From Thermoplasmatales archaeon (GTDB lineage: Archaea; Thermoplasmatota; Thermoplasmata; Thermoplasmatales; Thermoplasmataceae): a DNA stretch of 64,000 nucleotides. The translations under genes and the position numbers were made by a program. Each line of letters starts with the position of its first letter. Position 1 is the first letter of the stretch. Below the pieces are notes generated by a model. It was not told the DNA's origin and did no database searches. It saw only the letters and a list, made by a program, of their open reading frames with translations. Of the stretch, positions 1 to 9,179 are shown in pieces. The stretch spans positions 64,001 through 128,000 of the forward strand of contig DAIDBH010000014.1 of assembly GCA_027310185.1 (NCBI GenBank), in the 5' to 3' direction.

Positions 1-458
1 GCTTCTGGTGTTTCACCATTGATAATATAAAATGAAAAATTTTCTGACCTTACATCGATCATTATGTTGGTATAGTCATTCACCCCAAAATCAAAGTTGA
101 TTTCACCAGTGTAGTTGATGAAGTACCCAGTGGTTTCTGAAATTCCTGTTTTCATGAAGAATGGTATTGATACGTAAAGAGGATCATAGCCCAGGTAATA
201 GTTGTAACTGTCATAATTCCACATCCTTCCTCCTGTTCTCTTCCTTTCAACTGGAAATGCCTTTTCCCCCAGTCCCAGTATATGATCTGTCTCCAGGAGA
301 GGGATTATAATCCTGGTTCTTTCATCTTCTTCAATTAACTGGAAAGCTGGAGACCCTTCTACCTCATTTTCCCCGATAAATCCTGTTTCTATGAATTCTT
401 CTCCACTTCCAACCTGAAATTTCAATATATCATTATTTCCCCTAAAAATATTATACAT
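1..458 (-). CDS. GH31 alpha-glucosidase, N-terminal part (runs off the window start)
   Basis: Manual translation from ATG at 458 is open to base 1: MYNIFRG...HILGLGEKAFPVERKR...MWNYD...DPLYVSIPFF, typical of the GH31 N-terminal domain. Not in the ORF track. Confidence 0.85.
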   Translation of the reverse strand, partial: MYNIFRGNNDILKFQVGSGEEFIETGFIGENEVEGSPAFQLIEEDERTRIIIPLLETDHILGLGEKAFPVERKRTGGRMWNYDSYNYYLGYDPLYVSIPFFMKTGISETTGYFINYTGEINFDFGVNDYTNIMIDVRSENFSFYIINGETPE

Positions 459-557
459 CAAAGGTTGCCATGGAAAGTTTGAATAATAACATTTCCAAAT
501 ATTATGAGTCAACGATTGGAGATGAAAATTATAAATGCGTCATGGAGATATGATATT

Positions 558-1544
558 ATGTTTTCAAAAGATCCGAGTGAACTTGTTAGGAAGGAAAAGC
601 TTGACAATGAGGAAATAAGCAGATCAATCAGACTGGCGCTTGCCGCAGAACTGGATGCAGTTAACTTTTATCTCCAGCAATCCAGGCTCATGCCTGATGG
701 ACCTTTTAAAAAGGTACACGAAGATATAGCAAAGGAGGAAGTGACCCATTTTGGGGAGTTCCTGAGACTGCTTCACGAGTATGAACCTATGGATTTTGAC
801 AGGATTAATGCCGGTTGGAATGAGGCTTCTGACATGCTGGGAAGCAGGCCATCGTTCCTGAAAACCGGATCTGGTGAGAGAAAAGTCTCTGATGGTAAGC
901 AAGCTGAAGATTCATCTGGGGAGTATCTGATGGAAGGCCTCAGAACAATGCAGTGGGATGAAAGCGGACTCCTCCTACCGGGAAATAAGGAAACGATTGC
1001 GCCCTTTGAGAAAATCTCCATGGAATTCAAGGTTGAAAAAGGCATGAAGGAAATTTACAGGGACATCCTGATCAGGAAGCAGGAGGATGAATATAGATCA
1101 ATCATAGAGAAGTTTATCTATGAAGATTCAAAGATATCCCTCACTAACAGATCAACGAAAATCAGGAGTGAAAAGTCAGATTCCAGTGGAGTTATTTCAT
1201 CAGTCCTGAAGGCATTGAAGATGTTGTCAGATCACAATTATGACTCTGATCTGGTTACCCATGTATCCTTCAGCATGTATGAAACTCTCATGACGATAAC
1301 TAATGGTAGTGAAAGCCTTTACAGGTCAGTCCGCAGGATTTTACACAGGATAAGACTCAATCCAAGCCTGTCCGGAAAGAAGATGGTAGTTTTCAGGAAG
1401 GATATGTTCACTGTTGCAGTTAAAAAAGCCCCAGAATTACATAAGATATCGGAGGACGTAGACAGCATAAATTATGGTATATATGGATGGATCCTCCCCC
1501 TCCTTCTGGATGAGAACGCATCTGTGTTAATAGAATTTAAATAG
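558..1544 (+). CDS. Ferritin-like (Flp/EncFtn) domain fused to a family 1 encapsulin-like HK97 shell domain
   Basis: N-terminal AELDAVNFY...KEEVTHFGEF matches the Flp ferroxidase motifs. Length and C-terminus (LLDENASVLIE) parallel Pyrococcus-type Flp-encapsulin fusions. Start moved to ATG 558 (GGAGA upstream). Confidence 0.75.
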   Translation: MFSKDPSELVRKEKLDNEEISRSIRLALAAELDAVNFYLQQSRLMPDGPFKKVHEDIAKEEVTHFGEFLRLLHEYEPMDFDRINAGWNEASDMLGSRPSFLKTGSGERKVSDGKQAEDSSGEYLMEGLRTMQWDESGLLLPGNKETIAPFEKISMEFKVEKGMKEIYRDILIRKQEDEYRSIIEKFIYEDSKISLTNRSTKIRSEKSDSSGVISSVLKALKMLSDHNYDSDLVTHVSFSMYETLMTITNGSESLYRSVRRILHRIRLNPSLSGKKMVVFRKDMFTVAVKKAPELHKISEDVDSINYGIYGWILPLLLDENASVLIEFK

Positions 1545-1548
1545 AGAA

Positions 1549-3015
1549 TTAGAAACCTGGAATGCTTCCCAATTCCAGCTTATTTCTTGAGTAATCCACG
1601 TACATATTTTTGAGTTGTAAATACTCTCCTATGCCGTATTTACTGCCTTCACCTGCAAGGCCGGTCATCCTGAACCCTGTATGATATCCCTGTGAGGATT
1701 CTGGTCCGGGCATATTGACATAAAGTTCACCAAATCTGATAGATTCTGCTGCCTGGAATATCCTCTTATTGTCCTCTGTGAATAGATAGGAAGCAAGTCC
1801 GAACTGTGAGTCATTTGCCATTCTTATTGCTTCATCCCAGTCGTTGACCCTGTGTATTCCCAGCACCGGACCGAATATTTCATCCTGGAATATGGATGAC
1901 TTCTGTGGTACATTCTCTATAAGTGTTGGTTCAAAGAAGAATCCCTTGCTGAAATCCCCTTTGAGGTCTGGCTTCTTCCCTCCTGATAAAATCTTCAGGT
2001 TCTCCTTCTCAGATTCTGATATGACACTTTCCATATTCTTCTGGGCATCATGGTTGATGAGTGGGCCCATCTGTGCTGTTTCTGGATCGCCGACCTTCAA
2101 TCCTCTTGTCATTGAAATGAATTTTTCCTCGAATTTATCGGCTATATCCTCGTGCAGGTAAAGCCTTTCGGCTGCAATGCATGACTGGCCAGCATTCCAG
2201 AATTTAGCCCATACAAGTGTCTTCAGTGCCTTCTCCATATCTGCATCGTTCCAGACTATGAAGGGTGCCTTTCCTCCCAGTTCAAGCATGAGCTTTGCCA
2301 TGTTCGCTGATGATTGCTGTATGATTCTCTGACCTGTTGCAGTTGAGCCTGTAAGGGTAACAAGAGCAACTTTTTTGTGAGAGACTATGAAATCACCTAT
2401 CTCAGAGCCCTTTCCAGTAACCATGTTCAGTACTCCGTCCGGAATCCCTGCCTCCTGGAATTTTCTTACTATCCATTCAGCGATTAATGGTGTATCACTG
2501 CTTGGCTTCAGTACAACTGAGTTACCGGTCATAAGGGCTGGAGCAAGTTTCCTTGCAACCATTGCTGCCGGGAAATTCCATGGTGTGAGTGCAACGACAA
2601 CTCCCCTTGGCACCCTGTACTGGAATATCTTTCTCTTGCTTGAGTCGCCCTCAACTAGATCCCCGGTGATCTTTCTTTCAAATTCAGCATAATAATAAAT
2701 CTGGTCAAGAACACCGTTGACCTCTTCCTGTGCCTGTGGCCTTATCTTTCCACATTCCCTGACAAGGAGATCCTCCAGTTCCTTCCTCTTAGCCTGTATG
2801 AGATCTCCAGCCTTCCTGACAATTCTTCCTCTCTCCTTTGATCCAAGTTCATTCCACTTCCAGAAAGTACCTTCTGCTGCATCTATGGCTCTGCTCACAT
2901 CATCTTTCGTTGCAGCTGGAAACGTATCAATTTTCATACCTGTTGCAGGGTTCAGATCATCCAGTGTTTTTCCACTTGATGAATCTACCCACTTTCCATC
3001 AATTAAATTCTTCAT
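1549..3015 (-). CDS. D-glyceraldehyde dehydrogenase (NADP+), ALDH family, non-phosphorylative Entner-Doudoroff pathway
   Basis: TPWNFP, LELGGKAP, NAGQSCIA and EIFGP motifs; closely resembles the Thermoplasma enzyme (YVNMPGPESSQGYHTGFRMTG). Likely start ATG 3015. Confidence 0.9.
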   Translation of the reverse strand: MKNLIDGKWVDSSSGKTLDDLNPATGMKIDTFPAATKDDVSRAIDAAEGTFWKWNELGSKERGRIVRKAGDLIQAKRKELEDLLVRECGKIRPQAQEEVNGVLDQIYYYAEFERKITGDLVEGDSSKRKIFQYRVPRGVVVALTPWNFPAAMVARKLAPALMTGNSVVLKPSSDTPLIAEWIVRKFQEAGIPDGVLNMVTGKGSEIGDFIVSHKKVALVTLTGSTATGQRIIQQSSANMAKLMLELGGKAPFIVWNDADMEKALKTLVWAKFWNAGQSCIAAERLYLHEDIADKFEEKFISMTRGLKVGDPETAQMGPLINHDAQKNMESVISESEKENLKILSGGKKPDLKGDFSKGFFFEPTLIENVPQKSSIFQDEIFGPVLGIHRVNDWDEAIRMANDSQFGLASYLFTEDNKRIFQAAESIRFGELYVNMPGPESSQGYHTGFRMTGLAGEGSKYGIGEYLQLKNMYVDYSRNKLELGSIPGF

Positions 3016-3163
3016 GGTTAGTAATGACTTCAAGGGAATTTAGTATTTTCTATTTTTGATCATATTAAATTTAGCTGAATTTTCGCATATATTCCGGGAT
3101 AATTTTGAAATGATCTTGAATGAAATGGATTAAGGTTATAATGCCTGAAGATCATGAGGAGTC

Positions 3164-3355
3164 ATGAATCATGTGGTCTGTCCTATGTGTGGATCAGAAA
3201 ATATTTTCGCTGATTCCGGATTGATAACCGGAAAATACAAATGTAATGAATGCGGATACGTTGGCTCCCTAATATATGAGTTTGATGACAAGGATTACGA
3301 ATTGTTTAAAAGACAGCTTGAAAGAAGTAAGAGCAGGGAGAATTTTCCGAAATAA
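3164..3355 (+). CDS. Small zinc-ribbon protein
   Basis: CPMC...CNECGY two-knuckle motif; GAGGAG Shine-Dalgarno upstream. Confidence 0.75.
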   Translation: MNHVVCPMCGSENIFADSGLITGKYKCNECGYVGSLIYEFDDKDYELFKRQLERSKSRENFPK

Positions 3356-4477
3356 TCAGAGCGGACCAAGGTCAAGGATGCTTGAAATCTGTGACCCAAA
3401 CTCACCTGCAAGCTTCAATTTTTCCTTCAGGTTATCAACAGTTATCCTGTCCTTGTCTGCCCTTTCGTTTATCTGATTTATGTAGCCTTTCAATGCATCT
3501 TTCTTAATTTCAATTATTTTTACCGCAAGCTTCCTGAATGAACCCGTGGATAGAATGTCAATACCATCCTCCACCAGTCTGACCAGCTTCGTTTTGTTTG
3601 ATTCTATCTCTTTCAGGGTACCATATATCCTGTCGAGTGGTACCTGTATCTTGTCTATCTCCAGCATATTGTTCAGGGCAGGGACGCTTGTTACATCAAC
3701 CGTCTGGTTGTCATCCTTATACTCTATGGAAAGGAATGAATTTTCGTTTCCCCTGGACATTACAAAAGTGACCTTCGCATTGCTGTCCGGATCAGCGAAT
3801 TCAACAAACAGGTTTCCCTTGTTTATGCTTGCAGATGTCATGTAAAATTTATCAATCTTTTCATAGTCAATCTGGGCCTCCTTTCCAGCCCAGTTGCTTG
3901 CTGAATTTATCGGTATCTTGACACCTTTCTCCAGGAAGCCAAACCGTAGTGATTCCTTGAATAGATCTGAACTTCTTGAATTCAGGGAGAAATCGTATTC
4001 AATGGAACTCTCAGCAGTATATCTTACTGCAGCATCATAGACGCCGTCAACCCATTTTACAAAGATATTCGCATCTACGATTTTCAGGAAATCCATTGAA
4101 AGAAACGCCTGGATATTCTTTATGGAATTGGTTCTTGAGGCGGACATTGACCCTTCAAGATCATTTATCCTGTTCCTGTAATCGTCATTAATTTTCTTCT
4201 TGAATTTCTCAAGTGAAACTCCTACGAAGCTCTGTATTTCCTTCTCTGTGTCATCGAAAAGACCTGAAACTGTTACTGACTTGAAATCGTCCAGAAGTTT
4301 GTTAAGTGATACGAGTAAATTATCCACTTCAGCAATGCTCTGGGGCTGTTTAGATTTTAATGTATCCTGTAGATTCTTGTGATTTTCGTATTCATTTTTG
4401 CTTATAATTGCATCGAGTAAATACTGATAAAATGCCTTGAACATTAAATCAGAATTTTGCTGCTGGTTTGCCTCCAT
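3356..4477 (-). CDS. Hypothetical protein (helical/coiled-coil ends, beta-rich core)
   Basis: 373-aa ORF with normal composition; no family recognised. Confidence 0.8.
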   Translation of the reverse strand: MEANQQQNSDLMFKAFYQYLLDAIISKNEYENHKNLQDTLKSKQPQSIAEVDNLLVSLNKLLDDFKSVTVSGLFDDTEKEIQSFVGVSLEKFKKKINDDYRNRINDLEGSMSASRTNSIKNIQAFLSMDFLKIVDANIFVKWVDGVYDAAVRYTAESSIEYDFSLNSRSSDLFKESLRFGFLEKGVKIPINSASNWAGKEAQIDYEKIDKFYMTSASINKGNLFVEFADPDSNAKVTFVMSRGNENSFLSIEYKDDNQTVDVTSVPALNNMLEIDKIQVPLDRIYGTLKEIESNKTKLVRLVEDGIDILSTGSFRKLAVKIIEIKKDALKGYINQINERADKDRITVDNLKEKLKLAGEFGSQISSILDLGPL

Positions 4478-4651
4478 TAAATCCCTAACCAGTAATTACT
4501 TCAAAGGTTTAAGTCTTTATGGAAAACCTAATTATATGGTTCTGTCAGACATTTTTGTTCGAACATATGAGGATCATGTTCTGCCCATTAAAAATTTGGT
4601 GCAATGTTTTTATGGAAAGTTTATTAATGAAATTTCATAGGGAGATACAAT

Positions 4652-5122
4652 ATGGAATCTAATAAGAAAGAGGAATTGCTTAGTCCTCTAATAGATTCAC
4701 TTGAAGTCAGCATAAAGGGATTGATGATCCTCAGCGATAAGGAGGCTGATATTTCAAGGGCAGATGTGATAAGGAAGCTTGAAAATTCTAACGAGGAAGA
4801 GGTAAGAGAGTTCCTTAATCTAATAAAGGAAGAACGGAAAGGGTCTGATATCAACATTTTATTCGCAACTTTGGGTGAATTTCTTCTCTCTTCATTCCTC
4901 TTTGTAATGGGGATACTTTTTGTCATTCCAACTTTTTTTGGCGGGAATGCATCTGGTTATCTGCTGAACTATTATGGAAATGCCCTCCATAGCATATCAG
5001 AAACAACCGGCCTGACATCACTGACCATTGTGATAAATTTTCTTGTTGCAGTGGTCCTTCTCCTGGCGTCTTTCAGCACGCTTAAGACTGCCAGGATGAA
5101 CATCAGATTCCTCTTCAGGTAA
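4652..5122 (+). CDS. Hypothetical membrane protein (charged N-terminus, 2 TM helices)
   Basis: GGGAG SD upstream; two hydrophobic segments; 7 nt upstream of the permease. Confidence 0.75.
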   Translation: MESNKKEELLSPLIDSLEVSIKGLMILSDKEADISRADVIRKLENSNEEEVREFLNLIKEERKGSDINILFATLGEFLLSSFLFVMGILFVIPTFFGGNASGYLLNYYGNALHSISETTGLTSLTIVINFLVAVVLLLASFSTLKTARMNIRFLFR

Positions 5123-5129
5123 GTTCAAA

Positions 5130-6953
5130 ATGGATAGGAGAACAATAAGAGAGATCTATCTCGGGAGACTGATAATAACAGTTATCAGTCTTGCTATTTT
5201 TTTATTCTCCATCCTTTTCTTCTATAGCAACAGGTCTGTCATTCTGAACTTTAACAATATGACAATAAATAAGTCACTCCTGATTGTTTCAGTAATGGCA
5301 ATGATATTTTTCAGCCTGTATCTCACCGTATCATTTCCAAAATCCCTGAGAATTAAATTTTCAAGACCCAGGATCAGGGGAAAGCCAAATCCGGTTTACG
5401 GTTTTTTCATAATTCTATCCATAGGAATAGGATCGACCCTTGGATCTCCATTATTCATACTGATACCGGAAAATGCACTTCAGTATGGTATCGTATCCAC
5501 TATTTCCCTTATTGTTGCATCCATCACATCACTATTCATGGCCAAGGTATACTTTGATGTCTATGAGTTCCACAAGAATAATGGAAGGGATATTGTTGGT
5601 GGACCAGCCTTTGTAAGGGAGGCCTATGGAGTTTCATCTGTCAGATATTTCATCAGCAGGATTTCCATGTGGGTGGCAAACTCAGCCCTTTCTGCCTACT
5701 GCGTGATCATCTTTTTTGATCTTCTGTTCATTGTGATACCTGAAAGCTCAATTGGTGGGTCACTGATTTCAAAGGTTCTGATTTATGCCATACTCGGACT
5801 ATTTATCGTATGGTTCATAATAAATGCATTCTTCGAGGAAAGATACTTAAGATTCATAGGCAAGGTGCAGCTGGTCATGATGATAGCCATGGCAGTCATA
5901 TTAATAGCGGAAGAAGGCGTAATTTTCAGATCGCCTTCCCATCTTTCAACTCATCTCTTCTTCTCCTTTACAGGAAACTGGGTGGAAGACATACTGATTG
6001 ATACTGGATACCTGTTTATCCTCTTCTTTGGTTTCCAGGAAATCATGGCATTTCAGAGAAATATAACTGACGGAAGCACCATAAACATTCCTATGATAAA
6101 GAAGAAGATAATGCTGGACAAGGATCATGTCATAAAATGGTCAATGATATTTACCATAATTGTCTCCTCATCCATAAATATCGTATATTCTATTGCAGTT
6201 CTTCTGACACAATCCAGGGGGACAGGAATAGAAAAAAGTTCGATTCCTGCCTTCCTTATTGCACAGATGACAGGAGGTGAATCATGGTTTCTACTGATGA
6301 TAATCGCATTCATCATTGCAACCCTGACAACTTTCGTCCCGGCATTTCTGGCTGCATCAAGGCATCTTAAATCCCTGGGCGAGGACAGGATATTTCCATA
6401 CAGTCTCACCAAGTACTCGTGGATATTCACACTTGTGTTCATTATACTCCTTGTCGCATCAGGTGAATCCTTCCTTTTAAGTATTACAGATTTCATGGTT
6501 CTGATCAGTCTTGGTTTCATTACGATTTCAGGGACACACTACCGGAAGGAACTTGGGAATGTGAAAGGATTGCTTTTCCCGGCCATGGTGGGTATAATGA
6601 CATTTACCTTCGGGGCATTCAATTACTTTGTTGATCCAGAAGTGGTATTATTTTCTATCCTGATTATTTCTGTTGCTTATCTTGTCCATAACCTTATCAA
6701 TATGGATTCTGTTGCATTGAAACTATTTACGGGGTCGATGCTGGTGATGATCCTCCTGACGGATATGTTCATAAATATTGAGGTCACAGGAACCAACGGA
6801 CTTAGATTTTTCTTCCTGAAAGAGGGGAGAAACAGTACCTTTGAGGAATTTCTACTGCTCATGTTTTCCCTTGTGATCCTAAGTGTGGTAGATTTTATCC
6901 TCGAGTGGAGATTGAGCCGGAAAATGAATCTGCTTGACATTCTAAAGCAATAA
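5130..6953 (+). CDS. APC-superfamily amino acid permease with extra terminal TM helices
   Basis: GIGSTLGSPLF (TM1), GGPAFV and FFGFQEI motifs; many TM segments. Confidence 0.8.
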   Translation: MDRRTIREIYLGRLIITVISLAIFLFSILFFYSNRSVILNFNNMTINKSLLIVSVMAMIFFSLYLTVSFPKSLRIKFSRPRIRGKPNPVYGFFIILSIGIGSTLGSPLFILIPENALQYGIVSTISLIVASITSLFMAKVYFDVYEFHKNNGRDIVGGPAFVREAYGVSSVRYFISRISMWVANSALSAYCVIIFFDLLFIVIPESSIGGSLISKVLIYAILGLFIVWFIINAFFEERYLRFIGKVQLVMMIAMAVILIAEEGVIFRSPSHLSTHLFFSFTGNWVEDILIDTGYLFILFFGFQEIMAFQRNITDGSTINIPMIKKKIMLDKDHVIKWSMIFTIIVSSSINIVYSIAVLLTQSRGTGIEKSSIPAFLIAQMTGGESWFLLMIIAFIIATLTTFVPAFLAASRHLKSLGEDRIFPYSLTKYSWIFTLVFIILLVASGESFLLSITDFMVLISLGFITISGTHYRKELGNVKGLLFPAMVGIMTFTFGAFNYFVDPEVVLFSILIISVAYLVHNLINMDSVALKLFTGSMLVMILLTDMFINIEVTGTNGLRFFFLKEGRNSTFEEFLLLMFSLVILSVVDFILEWRLSRKMNLLDILKQ

Positions 6954-6980
6954 GTTTGAAATTGTGATTTTAGTGCATTA

Positions 6981-7616
6981 TTATGAAGGCACGAGTGTGT
7001 AGAAGAAAGCTGCAGGTAATGGAGGTATGAAGATTACCATCATCAGCAGGCTTATCTGCAAGGTCATTGATATGTATATCGATTTACTGACTGCATATAA
7101 TCCAATATATATGAGACCAATGGCAAATGAATCCAGTATGAATAATGGGAAATACCATCCAGGAAATCCAGGTAATGCGTTGATCAGGACAACAAAATAA
7201 TATCCTTCGTAGAATAGGGCTGATATTATTATTGACGTTCCCCGCTTGAAGTATAGATTCAGTGTCTCGATTCCAACCAGTGCAAATATGGTTTGCTCAA
7301 AGAATGAGGGGTAGTAGAATGATTCCATTAGATATGATACTTCAGCTGTCCCAAGGTTCATCACCAGTATAATATAGACCCAGACGAACAGTGCGGAAAC
7401 AAGGAGTATTATCCATTTCAACGAAACCAGTCCCCTAAGTATTTTCTTTCCATTCAATCCGTAAAGTGACAGGAATGTGATTGAAAATAGTGGCTCAATC
7501 AGTATGATGTAAAAGAAATATTTTCCAAAATTACTGTACCTGTATGTCAGGAAATTAAGAAGAACTGATAAAGTGAGTATGGAGATGCCAAAAATAAAAG
7601 TTCCCTTCTTTTCCAT
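6981..7616 (-). CDS. Membrane protein, CPBP/Abi-like with degenerate catalytic motifs
   Basis: Multi-TM; PSFFEQTIFA, ALFYEGYY and SKSIYISMTLQ sit where CPBP motifs EExxxR, FxxxH and HxxxN would be. Last gene of the oxidase operon. Confidence 0.55.
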   Translation of the reverse strand: MEKKGTFIFGISILTLSVLLNFLTYRYSNFGKYFFYIILIEPLFSITFLSLYGLNGKKILRGLVSLKWIILLVSALFVWVYIILVMNLGTAEVSYLMESFYYPSFFEQTIFALVGIETLNLYFKRGTSIIISALFYEGYYFVVLINALPGFPGWYFPLFILDSFAIGLIYIGLYAVSKSIYISMTLQISLLMMVIFIPPLPAAFFYTLVPS

Positions 7617-7622
7617 ATTGAT

Positions 7623-8504
7623 CTATTTCAATATGGTAAAAGTGGATATTATGATTAAGATCAGAGCTATGGTAAGATATCCGTTTGTATAGGAAAAAAG
7701 CTTCCTGTACTCCTTGGCTTCTCCCTTTCGCCTGAAATAATAATATGATGGAACAAGGATCCACAGTGCCAGAGGAACAGACGCCAATCCATAGATGAGA
7801 TTCAGCCCAATTCGTGTATAGACAAATGGAATGATGGTTACTATGGCAAGAAAAATGGAATTTATCAAAATGTATTTTCTGGTAACTGCAACTCCCTTGA
7901 CAGCTGGTAGCATTGGTATATTTGCGGAAGAATAATCATCCCTGTATTTTATGGCCAGTGACCAGAAGTGAGTCGGTGTCCATACAAAGACCAGAACCGC
8001 TATGAATATTGCTGCAGGAGTTACGGTTCCTGATATTGCGGCTGAGCCAGCAAGTGCAGGAAAGCTTCCTGCAACTCCTCCAAATACAATATTCAGGTCA
8101 GTCCTTCTTTTCAGCACTACTGTATACAGAAAGGCATAGCTGAGGAAACCTGCTATTATGTAGATGACTGAAATATAATTGAGAAATGAGAACCCAACTA
8201 TCATGGATGTCGCAAACAGAGCTATAAGGAGAATGATCATCTTTGATTTGTTCCTGTAAACAACCTTTCTCCTGTTTGAAACTCGTTCCATTTTTGAATC
8301 AATGTCTGTATCATATATGTTGTTGAAAACTCCTGATGCCATTGAGGCAAGTGAGCCCGATACAAGGAGTGGAATCAGAAAAATTATATCCTTGAATGAT
8401 CCTGTGTATGTGAAAAAACCTGCAACTGCAACCAGATCAATGAGAAATGTAATCTCAAGTTTAAAAATGTTGTTAAAAAAAGAAAAGTTCCATTTCTGTT
8501 CCAA
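7623..8504 (-). CDS. ctaB: Protoheme IX farnesyltransferase (heme o synthase)
   Basis: NNIYDTDIDSKMERVSNR, YTVVLKRRT, WTPTHFWSLA, DYSSANIPMLP. TTG start with GGTG upstream. Confidence 0.95.
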   Translation of the reverse strand: MEQKWNFSFFNNIFKLEITFLIDLVAVAGFFTYTGSFKDIIFLIPLLVSGSLASMASGVFNNIYDTDIDSKMERVSNRRKVVYRNKSKMIILLIALFATSMIVGFSFLNYISVIYIIAGFLSYAFLYTVVLKRRTDLNIVFGGVAGSFPALAGSAAISGTVTPAAIFIAVLVFVWTPTHFWSLAIKYRDDYSSANIPMLPAVKGVAVTRKYILINSIFLAIVTIIPFVYTRIGLNLIYGLASVPLALWILVPSYYYFRRKGEAKEYRKLFSYTNGYLTIALILIIISTFTILK

Positions 8505-9179
8505 CTAAAACACCGGCAAGTCTCTTGCTTCTAAATTAACTTCAGTCTTCACCAGGTTGTGAAGATTGAAAGTGTTTAATAGGTTTAACGGTGACAGAGA
8601 TGGGTTTCCATTGCTTTTATGTGCATTGTGACCCGCAATTGGCTGGGATACAATGGACGATGATGCTGTTCCACTGGCCGTGCCATTTACCTGTATTCTT
8701 GCAAGCATTGTTGTAGGATGTACCTCACACCAGTATGTATAATTTCCAGGCTGGAAGAATATATAGGATTTTGATACCGGATGACCGGGTATTTGTGTTA
8801 GTTCTCCAGTTGTTACAATGGTTAAACCAGTAGCAGCATTTTCATATGCAGTCAGAACAGTTCCAGGAACATAATTTTTATCCTTATTAATTGTTAATGT
8901 GTGTGGGAGATTGTCTTCCTCTATAACTGTGAAACAGATCTTGTAGTCAAGCGGAAGATATAATGTTGGATTAATTGGACCGTGAGAATAGTTCCATCCA
9001 CTTGCATCAGCGTATATAGTTTCATTTATTGTTCCTTTTACCTTAAGTCCAGCTGGGTCTATCAAGCCTCCTCCAGAAGAAGTAGGTGCAGATAGAACAA
9101 ATGTCAATGACAACCCAACAAGAAGAATTATTACTATTCCATATACTACTCCTAATTTTCCTTTATTCAAATTATTCAC
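8505..9179 (-). CDS. Membrane-anchored blue copper (cupredoxin) protein
   Basis: N-terminal TM helix; LPHTL and YWCEVHPTTM supply His/Cys/His/Met type-1 Cu ligands. Confidence 0.85.
   Translation of the reverse strand: MNNLNKGKLGVVYGIVIILLVGLSLTFVLSAPTSSGGGLIDPAGLKVKGTINETIYADASGWNYSHGPINPTLYLPLDYKICFTVIEEDNLPHTLTINKDKNYVPGTVLTAYENAATGLTIVTTGELTQIPGHPVSKSYIFFQPGNYTYWCEVHPTTMLARIQVNGTASGTASSSIVSQPIAGHNAHKSNGNPSLSPLNLLNTFNLHNLVKTEVNLEARDLPVF

Noticed and set aside
3276-3476. Alternative plus-strand ORF overlapping the Zn-ribbon gene
   Set aside because: It overlaps two better-supported genes and has no motif or SD.
8502-8507. Cupredoxin TAG stop is followed immediately and in frame by the ctaB TTG, suggesting amber readthrough or a fusion
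   Set aside because: ctaB has its own GGTG SD-like element. A fusion would join an external domain to a normally cytoplasmic N-terminus. No pyrrolysine machinery is visible in the window.
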